Positions 1 through 8,881 of a DNA stretch of 62,447 bases are shown piece by piece (position 1 is the first letter of the stretch; every line of letters begins with the position of its first letter). The translations under genes were made by a program, and so were the position numbers. The stretch comes from a bacterium (GTDB lineage: Bacteria > UBP6 > JAFGXH01): positions 1 to 62,447 of the forward strand of contig JAFGXH010000116.1 in assembly GCA_016936735.1 (NCBI GenBank), written 5' to 3'. Below the pieces are notes generated by a model. That model was not told the DNA's origin and searched no databases. It was given only the letters and a program-made list of their open reading frames with translations.

Positions 1-228
1 AATCCATGTTTAAATGGTGGAAGCTGTGTTGATGGTGTAAATAGTTATAGTTGTAACTGTCTAGCAGGATATGAGGGAACAAACTGTGAAACAAATATCA
101 ATGAGTGTGCAGTGAATCCATGTTTAAATGGTGGAAGCTGTGTTGATGGTGTAAATAGTTATAGTTGTAACTGTCCAGCAGGATATGAAGGAACAAACTG
201 TGAAACAGATATTAATGAGTGTACTCTT
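1..228 (+). repeat. Tandem coding repeat of about 114 bp, two copies at about 93% identity, encoding cbEGF modules. The array probably continues upstream of the window.
   Basis: nt 1-60 are identical to nt 115-174. nt 61-114 versus 175-228 differ at about 8 positions. Confidence 0.8.
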
Positions 229-1917
229 AATACAGATACTTGTACAACAACTCAATATTGTATAAATACAGTTGGTTCTTTTAATTGTGTTGCTTGTAAT
301 TGTGAAACACTATTTACAGTTGGAAGTTCAGATAGTTGCTCTGATGAGGTTGGACAATGTAATTGTGAAACTGGTTATGCTGGTTTAACTTGTGACTCTT
401 GTGCAACTGGATATCAAGATAATGATAATGATACAATTTGTGAGCCAACCTGTGCAACAAGTGGTTTAAATTGTGGAGCAAATGGTGTTTGTGATGACTC
501 CTTAGGTGAAGCAATTTGTGATTGTAACACTGGTTTTGCTGGTACAACTTGTGACTCTTGTGCAACTGGATATTGGGGAGCATCTTGTTCTGCTTGTCCA
601 ACAACATGTGATTCAGGTGATGGACATGGTATTTGTAATGAGGATATAACTGCAACATCAGCATGTTTATGTGATGATGGTTATATTGAGGAGAGTGAAG
701 TTTGTGTTCCAATAGTTCTTCCGCCTCAAATTGTTATTAATGAAGTTGATCCAAATGGTAATTGGGTAGAGCTTTATAATAAAGGAACTGAGACTGTTGA
801 TTTAACTGATTGGGTTATAGAATCTGATATTGGTGGTGCTTCAATTGATTTATCTGGAACAATACCTGCAAATGGGTATTTTATGATTAATCCAATCAAT
901 ATGGAAGCAACAATTGATGAAATTACACTTTACAATACTGATATTGAAGTAGTTGATTCTGTTACTTTTGAGAATGTTCCAGCTGGTAAATCCTATAGTC
1001 GTTTCTCAAATGGTTCAGATAATTGGATGCTTCTTGATGTAATGACTTATAATGCATCTAATGAAGTTGTTATTGGATGGTGTTCAACACAGTGGCCAAA
1101 TAGTACAACAACAGATGTAAATGTTGCAACAGAGACTATTTATGGTCAGATTTATACAAGTGGATTGACTGATACATATACAACATCAGTAAATATGTTA
1201 AGTGCTAAATTGTGTTATACATCTGATTTAGTAAATTTAACAAATCCAACTTGTGTTAATGCAAATTGGGGTTCAAAAGAGAGCAATAATCATCAATATA
1301 CAGCTACTTTAACACTTGCAGATGCTGGTGATTATAAATATTATTATCAATTCTCTGGTGATAATGGCTTAACTTGGAAAACTTGTAATTTAAATAGTCA
1401 AGGTGGTTCTGATACTCCTCTTGAAGCTGGAAAAGTTGGGAATTTAACTGTTAATGCAGGAGCTAACAACAATATTATTCAAAATGGAGGATTTGAAATT
1501 TGGACTAATGAAAGCTCAAATGCAGATAATTGGGGTGGTTCGAAAACAAGTTCATCTGTTTCAATAAAATATACAACATCAACAAATTCAGGAAGTAATG
1601 CAGCTCAATTAACAAACACCTCTGCAACTCATAAACGTTTTACAACTGTAGCACAAGATATAGATTCTGGTTCTTATAGTTGTACCTATTATGTTAGAGG
1701 TAAAGGACAAATTAGAAATGCTTATGGATGGGGAGCAAGCTCTTACTCTACATATTCTTCATACTCAGTAATTGATTCAGATACTTGGAGTCAAATTACA
1801 TATGATTTTACATTAGCATCAAATTTAACTGCTTTTGAGCTTATTTTCTCATTTCATTCAACAAGTATTGATAGAGATCATCTTCAAATTGATGATGTTG
1901 TTTGTATAAAACAGTAA
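1..1917 (+). CDS. Secreted calcium-binding-EGF-repeat protein with a lamin-tail domain (LTD) and a C-terminal beta-rich domain. It is 5'-truncated: the reading frame is open from nt 1.
   Basis: Frame 1 is open from nt 1 into ORF 112..1917. Repeated D-I-N-E-C...NPCLNGGSCVDGVNSYSC NC PAGYEGTNCE cbEGF modules are present. An LTD-like segment follows (PQIVINEVDPNGNWVELYNKGTETVDLTDWVIES). Terminator hairpin lies downstream. Confidence 0.6.
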   Translation, partial: NPCLNGGSCVDGVNSYSCNCLAGYEGTNCETNINECAVNPCLNGGSCVDGVNSYSCNCPAGYEGTNCETDINECTLNTDTCTTTQYCINTVGSFNCVACNCETLFTVGSSDSCSDEVGQCNCETGYAGLTCDSCATGYQDNDNDTICEPTCATSGLNCGANGVCDDSLGEAICDCNTGFAGTTCDSCATGYWGASCSACPTTCDSGDGHGICNEDITATSACLCDDGYIEESEVCVPIVLPPQIVINEVDPNGNWVELYNKGTETVDLTDWVIESDIGGASIDLSGTIPANGYFMINPINMEATIDEITLYNTDIEVVDSVTFENVPAGKSYSRFSNGSDNWMLLDVMTYNASNEVVIGWCSTQWPNSTTTDVNVATETIYGQIYTSGLTDTYTTSVNMLSAKLCYTSDLVNLTNPTCVNANWGSKESNNHQYTATLTLADAGDYKYYYQFSGDNGLTWKTCNLNSQGGSDTPLEAGKVGNLTVNAGANNNIIQNGGFEIWTNESSNADNWGGSKTSSSVSIKYTTSTNSGSNAAQLTNTSATHKRFTTVAQDIDSGSYSCTYYVRGKGQIRNAYGWGASSYSTYSSYSVIDSDTWSQITYDFTLASNLTAFELIFSFHSTSIDRDHLQIDDVVCIKQ

Positions 1918-1928
1918 CCTCTAAGAGA

Positions 1929-1965
1929 GAATGGAATAATTTATATTCCATTCTTTCTATTTTTT
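1929..1965 (+). terminator. Rho-independent terminator.
   Basis: 10-bp stem GAATGGAATA/TATTCCATTC with 5-nt loop, followed by TTTCTATTTTTT, 12 nt after the stop. Confidence 0.55.
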
Positions 1966-2058
1966 ATAAAATCTTTTTTTAAAATCAATACAATTTAGGA
2001 TTCCTTGACTTTTTTTATATCACAATATATAATAATTGATGAATATTGGAGTTTTATC

Positions 2059-3687
2059 ATGAAATTAATTTTATTATTACCTATATTACTATTTTTAGGT
2101 TGTGTAAGTGAACCTATAAACTCCTGTAAAACCAATTCAGACTGCTTTTTAGGTGTTTGTGTTGATGGTATTTGTCAAGATGATGAGGTTTGTGAAAATG
2201 AGTCTGATTGTGAAAATGGTAATTTTTGTATAAATGGAAAATGTAGAGAGGGTGAATGTGTACAGGATTCTCATTGTAATTCAGATGAAATCTGTATTAA
2301 TTTTACCTGTCTTTCTCAAATAGAGAGAAAAGGAACTGGAGAATCTTGTGCAAACTATAATGATGCAGAGTGTTTATCTCAATACTGTATTCAAGATGAG
2401 TTTGGAGCCTACTGTTCAACTGTTTGTAATAGTGATTCTGAGTGTCCATCTCATATGATTTGTGAACCACTTTATGGAAATACAACATTTTGTAGATATG
2501 GATTTAGAGATGTTGGGGACTATTCTGGTGGTTATGGCTCATCTTGTGATTTACATGGAGAGAGTGATTGTCAAACAGATTTAACTTGTGTTCAAAATAT
2601 TGAAAATAGAGATATTTCAAAATGTCTTCCAACCTGTTTATCTGATAATGATTGTTATTTAGGATATGAGTGTCGTTACCATTCTGATGGTATTCCATAT
2701 TGTATGCCACCTAAATATAGATCAACTGGTGAGTTATGTGCTATTTATGGTGGACTTGAGTGTATTAATTCAGATGATTTATGTATTGCAATTCATGATT
2801 CTGAACCAGTTTGTACAAGAGTTTGTAATGTTTCAGAAGAGTGTGGTTCTGATTATTCATGTTTTGATGGATATTGTTTAAAAACATTAAAATCTGGGTT
2901 TGGAGAGCGTTGTGATGTCTCTGGTAGCTATCAATGTGATGAAGAGCTGTTTTGTGATTTTTCATCATCAAGAGTTGCTGTTTGTACAAAAGAGTGTGAA
3001 AATGATTTATCTTGTGGGGATTATTTTAGTTGTTCTGTAACTATTGATGGTCAAAGATTATGTCGAGCTGCATCTAATGGTTTAGGAGATAGAGATGGTT
3101 TATTAGGAGATAGCTGTTCTCAACATGGTGACTCAGATTGCTCAGAGCCAATGCTTTGTTTATCTGGTTTTGAGGGGAATGAAAAAGCCTATTGTACAAT
3201 GCATTGTGATAATGATAGTGATTGTGGGGATAATTTTTATTGTGGAGATCCAACAAGAACTGGTCATAATATTTGTGTAAAAGGGGTTCGTGGAGAGATG
3301 GGGGCTGGATGTTCAAACAGTTATTGCAATAGTGGACTATTTTGTAAAACAGATAATGTAAAAGATTTAACTGCATTTTGCACTAAAGTCTGCTCAACTG
3401 TTGGAGAGGAGTGTTTAGAAAAAGATGGATATTTTTGTAATCAAATATATTCAAATTTCAATATATGTTTAGATAAAGAACCAACTATTATAACAAAAGG
3501 TGAAATAGGTGATGCCTGTCCAAATGGTTATCGTGATTGTCAAGAGGGATTAAGTTGTATATTTGATTTCTCTTTGGGATCTATCTGTTCTAAAGAGTGT
3601 TCTGATTCTGAGTTATGTCCAGATGGAACTGAGTGTAGAGTTTATAATGAGGTATACTCATTTTGTTATAGAAGTTCAGAAAATTAA
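2059..3687 (+). CDS. Secreted lipoprotein built from tandem cysteine-rich modules of about 40 aa (Myxococcus-type Cys-rich repeat-like).
   Basis: ATG at 2059 is preceded by GGAG. Signal and lipobox are MKLILLLPILLFLGC. Repeated modules follow the pattern C-x3-(S/N)D-C-x..C..G.C with 6 Cys per module. Confidence 0.5.
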   Translation: MKLILLLPILLFLGCVSEPINSCKTNSDCFLGVCVDGICQDDEVCENESDCENGNFCINGKCREGECVQDSHCNSDEICINFTCLSQIERKGTGESCANYNDAECLSQYCIQDEFGAYCSTVCNSDSECPSHMICEPLYGNTTFCRYGFRDVGDYSGGYGSSCDLHGESDCQTDLTCVQNIENRDISKCLPTCLSDNDCYLGYECRYHSDGIPYCMPPKYRSTGELCAIYGGLECINSDDLCIAIHDSEPVCTRVCNVSEECGSDYSCFDGYCLKTLKSGFGERCDVSGSYQCDEELFCDFSSSRVAVCTKECENDLSCGDYFSCSVTIDGQRLCRAASNGLGDRDGLLGDSCSQHGDSDCSEPMLCLSGFEGNEKAYCTMHCDNDSDCGDNFYCGDPTRTGHNICVKGVRGEMGAGCSNSYCNSGLFCKTDNVKDLTAFCTKVCSTVGEECLEKDGYFCNQIYSNFNICLDKEPTIITKGEIGDACPNGYRDCQEGLSCIFDFSLGSICSKECSDSELCPDGTECRVYNEVYSFCYRSSEN

Positions 3688-4373
3688 CCACCATAAATAG
3701 TAGATATAAGAATTAAAAACTCTGCTTTCATTTGAAATAGATCTGCAAAAAACAGTAGTGAATACCATATTGGATATGCAAGATATTTTAACCATCCAAA
3801 AAAAAGAAATAACATAAGAAGTATGAAAAAGTATCTCGCATTCTCCTCTAATTTTGAAGCAATATGATTAGGAAGTAACCACATCAATATTTTGCTTCCA
3901 TCAAGTGGAGGGATTGGAAGAAGATTAAAGAATGCAAGTCCAATATTAATCATTATAAATGATAAAACAATTCCATAAATTTGAGGAGAGAGTTGAATAT
4001 TGAATACAAACATGAGTTTAAGAATTGTCATAAATATTAATCCAAATAAAATATTTGAAATAGGACCAGCAATTGATACAAGCATATATCCTGTTTTCAT
4101 TGTGACTTTTCTTGTGTAGAGTGTTGGATTTGTTGGAACAGGTTTTGCCCAACCAAAAAATGGTAAACTTGTTCCAATTGATATTAATGGAAGAATAATT
4201 GTTCCAAAAATATCAATATGTGCAATTGGGTTTAATGTTAATCGACCCATTGATTCTGCTGTTCTATCACCAAGCCATCTAGCAGATTGGGCATGTGCAA
4301 ACTCATGAATAGTTAAGGATAATATCATTGGGACTAAAATTGTTATTGCTTTTACAAAAAAATCATCCATCAA
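3684..4373 (-). CDS. Integral-membrane zinc metalloprotease, site-2-protease / peptidase M50 family.
   Basis: HEFAHA zinc motif. Multiple hydrophobic helices. LDG motif near C-terminus. Confidence 0.55.
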   Translation of the reverse strand: MMDDFFVKAITILVPMILSLTIHEFAHAQSARWLGDRTAESMGRLTLNPIAHIDIFGTIILPLISIGTSLPFFGWAKPVPTNPTLYTRKVTMKTGYMLVSIAGPISNILFGLIFMTILKLMFVFNIQLSPQIYGIVLSFIMINIGLAFFNLLPIPPLDGSKILMWLLPNHIASKLEENARYFFILLMLFLFFGWLKYLAYPIWYSLLFFADLFQMKAEFLILISTIYGG

Positions 4374-4493
4374 ATAACCTCAAAATAGAAATTAAATCAA
4401 CAATTATAACTGTTTTTATATTTAACAACAAAAACTCTAATCTATTCATTATAGTTTTAGAATAATTTTATAAAACTGTATGAAAAAATAGTT

Positions 4494-5360
4494 TTAGTTC
4501 TCAAGAATAGATATTAAATTATTTTTTTGTTGCTCTGTTACATTTTCAGGAAGAGAGATATTCATTTTGATATATAAATCCCCTTTTTTTTCATTTGCTC
4601 TCCAACCAAACCCTGGAATTCTAAATGATTTACCACTAGTTGTCCAAGCTGGAATATTAAGATTTATTGTACCCCAATGTGTTGGAATCTCTATTTTTCC
4701 ACCCTTTAAAGCTGTTAATAGTGGTAGAGAAAATTCGGTGTATATATTATCTCCATCAACTTTATAATTTGTGTCTAATTCAAATTTTATATTTAAGATT
4801 AAATCTCCTGGAGCTCCTTCAAATGGGGAGGGAGAACCATATCCTTTCAATTTTATTTTTTGACCCTCTTTTGTTCCTTGTGGGATTTTTACAGAGATTT
4901 TTTGTCCATTTACAATTATATCTTTGGAACATCCTTTTAAAGCATCTGAAAGAGTAATGAGTAGCTCTTTTTCTATATTATCCCCCTTTTTTCTCATATT
5001 TGATGAACCTCTAGCTCCACTCATATTAGAAAAAATATCATCAAAAAAAGATCCACCCTTTTTTTTCTTTTTTCCAAAACCAAATATATTCTCAAATATA
5101 TCACTTGGGTCAAAATTACTATCATTTCCTCCAGAACGTTCATAATTTGAATGTCCTATTTGATCATATTTTTTACGTTTTTCAGGATCTCCAAGAACTG
5201 AGTATGCAACCGAAATCTCTTTAAATTTTTTTTCAGCCTCTGCATTACCTTGATTTTGGTCTGGATGATATTTCATTGCAAGTTTTCTATATGCTTTTTT
5301 AATCTCATCATCAGTGGCTGTTTTACTCACACCTAAAATTTCATAGTAGTTCTCAGACAT
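4494..5360 (-). CDS. J-domain co-chaperone (DnaJ/CbpA-like, no zinc finger).
   Basis: N-terminal YYEILGV...[15 protein letters not shown]-domain with HPD. Gly/Lys-rich linker. DnaJ C-terminal beta domains. Confidence 0.7.
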   Translation of the reverse strand: MSENYYEILGVSKTATDDEIKKAYRKLAMKYHPDQNQGNAEAEKKFKEISVAYSVLGDPEKRKKYDQIGHSNYERSGGNDSNFDPSDIFENIFGFGKKKKKGGSFFDDIFSNMSGARGSSNMRKKGDNIEKELLITLSDALKGCSKDIIVNGQKISVKIPQGTKEGQKIKLKGYGSPSPFEGAPGDLILNIKFELDTNYKVDGDNIYTEFSLPLLTALKGGKIEIPTHWGTINLNIPAWTTSGKSFRIPGFGWRANEKKGDLYIKMNISLPENVTEQQKNNLISILEN

Positions 5361-5520
5361 AACTCTCCCAAATATAAATCCATTTTAATAATAATCATTA
5401 TATTAATTTTTTCAATAAAAATTAATTTTATAATATATATAAGTTGTTTATTATTAATTCTTAACAAAAGGTAATTTTTTATATTTACTTTAGAAAGGAA
5501 TATTTAAAAATAAAGTTAAT

Positions 5521-8500
5521 TTATTCACGACAAGGACGTTCATCAACAAGACCATCACAATCATTATCTATTGAATCACCACATATCTCATCTTGAGGTT
5601 CTCCTGGAGTAGCATCACAAGTTTGATTACCAGATGAGTCACAGCTATAAACCCCTGTTTTTCTACAAGCTCCTAAACCAACAACACAGGATTGTCCAAT
5701 TTGAAATCCATCATCAACAATGCCATCACAATCATCATCAATACCATTACAGGTCTCTACCATTGGAAGTATATCATTTTCACAAGATGTCCATAGCTCA
5801 CCACCAATACAGCTTTGAGTTCCCTTTTTACATCTTGAGTTTTCTCCAAAAGAGTCTGCATAACCTCTGTAACACTCTTGGGTTTCACCTGAATTACAAC
5901 CACAGTTTTCATCTGTTTCACCATTACAGTTGTTATCAAGACCATCACCACAAACCTCTGTTTGAGGAGCTCCTGCAACAGCACCACAAACAAGTTCACC
6001 ACTTTCATTACATATATATGGTGCAAATCTCATACATTGTCCAACTCCTGTATTACAAAACATACCATAGGAGCCTTTAAATGATGTTTCCATAATATTA
6101 TCACTCTCATTACACTCTGAATATGCTCCAATTCCATTACCATAATCATCAGCTGAAGCAAATATATTATAGCGACGAATTTCGTCTGGATTTTCAGGAG
6201 TATAATCAAATTCAATAATCTCTCTTCTTCCAGGCCATAGATCTGTTTGAGTAACAGCAAATCCAATTAATTCTCTACTTCCCTGATCTGGAAGCCCTTT
6301 ATAAATTGCAATTGGAACTCCTGCTTTTACAGAGATAGTTCCAAGATTAGCAACTCTAACCTTTATTTTAAATGATAGTTGAGGACAATCCTCTCTTTCA
6401 ACTTGAACTCTTTCAACAATAAAGTTAGGGGCATTAAAAACTCCCTTGCCTTGAGAATTAAGACGATAGTTATTATAGTTTAACCAGTTTTTCTCCTCAA
6501 CTTGAGGTATTTTTCCTGTTTCAGAAACATTTGTAATATGATATGAGTGTTGATTCCAAATAGTTCTTGTTCTAACCCAGTTATTATTTGAGTCTTCAAA
6601 AACTCTTATTCCATAATTTCCATTTGATATATGGTCTTGTTCTGCACCATTTGGACCCCAAGGGCATTTGTTTGTTGAGTATGATGCATTTGCAACAACA
6701 ACAACTTCAGATTTTCCATCACCATTTATATCAACAACAAGAGGATATTCAAATATTGTTGCTGAACTATTTTTTATTTTAAAACGTTCACTTCCTCTTA
6801 ATCCATCATAAATTCTAAAATAACACTCATCTGCATATAAAACCTCTGCCTTTCCATCTCCTTCAAAATCAAATAGAGATGAGCCTGTTTGACGAGATGA
6901 GTAGTCTTTTGTTGCTTTTTCCCACAATACAGTAACAATTCCTGTTGAAAGATTTGGCTTTAAAACCCTATAATACTCTGTTCCTGCAACCGCAATCTCC
7001 AAATTTGAGATATCATCATCAAAATTTGCAACTGTTGGTGGTCCTCCTATTGGATAGCTTGTTCCAATAGCATTATCAATTGGAAATGGAGTTATTAAAT
7101 CTTCACCTTTAAAATCATAAATGTAAAGATAACCATTTGAAACAACAACTATCTCTGGATTACCATCCCAATTAAGATCAGCAATAGCTGTATAACCATC
7201 TTTTCTATCCTCTCTTGCCCAAATTCTTGAACAATCTCTACCAGAAATAATAAGATTTCCAGTTACAATATCCATTACACCATCATTATTAATATCCTCT
7301 ACAACAGTGATATATCTTTTGTGTGCATTAGTTGGATAGTCACTATTATTTCCATAAGAGCCAAGTATGTCAGTTGAATTACATTTTTTTGAGCCATTAT
7401 CTCCATTAAAAATGTAGTTTCCAACAATAATTTCTGGTTTTCCATCATGATCTAAGTCAGCAATTGCTGGTGCTCCAGGAGCTGTTCTTGGCATATCCTC
7501 TTGAGTTTCCCATTTAAGATTACCATTTCTATCAAATGCAACAACTCGTTTATTTCCAACTTTAATACCAACAATCTCATTAAAGCCATCATTATCAATA
7601 TCACCAAGAGCTAAACCACTACCTCCACTCATTTTTGGGGTTGTTATTGTAAAATGCTCTCTACCAGTATCTCCACTTAACACTCTTAACACTGAATCTG
7701 TATCCCATTTATCATCAGGATATGATGTAAATGCAATATCTGGAATATCTTTTAAATTAACAACACCATCATTATTGTCATCTGTTATATTTCCAACAAC
7801 AGGTGGCATTAAAACATGTTTGTGTGTTGATAATATATTAGTTTGAGAACCATTCCAACTCCAAGCAACAAGTGGTGTCATTTGTTGTTGAAATTCAGGA
7901 ATATATTGACAACTTCCATCAGTTGTTGATATCTCAAGACATAACCCCATTACACTATCACAGAACTGATTTGTATCACATTCAAAATCATTTTCACAAG
8001 ATCTTCCAGGCTGCATACATTGTGAACCATTAAAACATATTTGAGAACCACTACAACAATTTGTTCCACATGGAACACCATTTGCACAAAACTCTCTTGC
8101 ACAAGTTGTTCCATTATAATAGTAGCCATTATCACATTCACACCAGAAATCTCCTTCAATATCATCAATACAGATACCATGTTCTCCACAATCTGCTGTT
8201 GGAGAGTCACAACCTTGATTTATTTCACATTTTGTGCCATTTACAAGGTGATATCCTGAATCGCATTCACATTCCCCATTATCTTGATTGCAAATACCTC
8301 CATCACAAATAACATCTTTGCAAAGATCTGTCTCTTGACGACACTCAAGATTAATTGCATAATAGCCATCATTACAACTACATCTAGCAGTTGCACCATC
8401 TGCTATGCAAACACCATGTGGTTTACATCTTTCTCCCTCACAAGGGTTTATACATCCACTTCCTGAAACAAATGTGTATCCTGCATTACAATCACACATT

Positions 8501-8655
8501 GCATATCCCTCAGCCTCAACAACAATACAGGTTCCATTTGAACCACAATCCAAATCATCACAAAGATTTCCATCTGGATTCTTATTTGTTGTTTCATTAC
8601 ATCCTATAAAAAGCATGGAAAGCACAATTCCAACTATAAAAAGTGCTGTTTTCAT
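5521..8655 (-). CDS. Large secreted lipoprotein: N-terminal EGF-like Cys-rich modules, an integrin-alpha-like FG-GAP beta-propeller, and C-terminal CxxDxDNDCDGxxDE cysteine repeats.
   Basis: Lipobox LFIGC. FG-GAP-like repeats DIDNDGFNEIVG, DLDHDGKPEIIVG, DINNDGVMDIVTG, DLNWDGNPEIVVV, DFEGDGKAEVLYA, DINGDGKSEVVVV. C-terminal repeats CGDGLDNNCNGETDE, CNGIDDDCDGIVDD, CGDSIDNDCDGLVDE. Confidence 0.6.
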   Translation of the reverse strand: MKTALFIVGIVLSMLFIGCNETTNKNPDGNLCDDLDCGSNGTCIVVEAEGYAMCDCNAGYTFVSGSGCINPCEGERCKPHGVCIADGATARCSCNDGYYAINLECRQETDLCKDVICDGGICNQDNGECECDSGYHLVNGTKCEINQGCDSPTADCGEHGICIDDIEGDFWCECDNGYYYNGTTCAREFCANGVPCGTNCCSGSQICFNGSQCMQPGRSCENDFECDTNQFCDSVMGLCLEISTTDGSCQYIPEFQQQMTPLVAWSWNGSQTNILSTHKHVLMPPVVGNITDDNNDGVVNLKDIPDIAFTSYPDDKWDTDSVLRVLSGDTGREHFTITTPKMSGGSGLALGDIDNDGFNEIVGIKVGNKRVVAFDRNGNLKWETQEDMPRTAPGAPAIADLDHDGKPEIIVGNYIFNGDNGSKKCNSTDILGSYGNNSDYPTNAHKRYITVVEDINNDGVMDIVTGNLIISGRDCSRIWAREDRKDGYTAIADLNWDGNPEIVVVSNGYLYIYDFKGEDLITPFPIDNAIGTSYPIGGPPTVANFDDDISNLEIAVAGTEYYRVLKPNLSTGIVTVLWEKATKDYSSRQTGSSLFDFEGDGKAEVLYADECYFRIYDGLRGSERFKIKNSSATIFEYPLVVDINGDGKSEVVVVANASYSTNKCPWGPNGAEQDHISNGNYGIRVFEDSNNNWVRTRTIWNQHSYHITNVSETGKIPQVEEKNWLNYNNYRLNSQGKGVFNAPNFIVERVQVEREDCPQLSFKIKVRVANLGTISVKAGVPIAIYKGLPDQGSRELIGFAVTQTDLWPGRREIIEFDYTPENPDEIRRYNIFASADDYGNGIGAYSECNESDNIMETSFKGSYGMFCNTGVGQCMRFAPYICNESGELVCGAVAGAPQTEVCGDGLDNNCNGETDENCGCNSGETQECYRGYADSFGENSRCKKGTQSCIGGELWTSCENDILPMVETCNGIDDDCDGIVDDGFQIGQSCVVGLGACRKTGVYSCDSSGNQTCDATPGEPQDEICGDSIDNDCDGLVDERPCRE

Positions 8656-8825
8656 GATTAATCCTCCAATGATACCAAACTATTCTATATGATTTTATGA
8701 AAAAAATCAATAAAGCTCTTATACAATATATAAAATTGTTTAACAAGCTCTATTTTTCTAAAACTAATCCTGTAAAATTCAGAAAAATAGATAACATAAA
8801 ATTACTCCAAAAATTTTGAATTTTC

Positions 8826-8854
8826 TTGCATAAAATATTTAAAAATAATAGAAT
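8826..8854 (+). promoter_or_regulatory. Candidate sigma70-type promoter for the MVP gene.
   Basis: TTGCAT, 17-nt spacer, TAGAAT. Followed by AAGGAG and ATG at 8882 after a 5-nt spacer. Confidence 0.25.
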
Positions 8855-8881
8855 TTAATTACAAATTCTTAAGGAGATATA

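Noticed and set aside
314-712. Antisense His/Leu/Gln-rich ORFs inside the Cys-rich genes (314..712, 5634..6080, 6030..6266, 8061..8312, 8391..8609 and similar).
   Set aside because: They lie opposite long, well-supported CDSs. Their odd composition is the complement of the TGT/TGC/GAT-rich coding strand. They have no SD and no motifs.
5040-5080. Homopolymeric T/A tracts (T8, T6) in the J-protein gene as a phase-variation switch.
   Set aside because: The tracts encode an in-frame Lys-rich linker ([11 protein letters not shown]). There is no evidence of frameshifted alternative ORFs. The composition is typical of this AT-rich genome.
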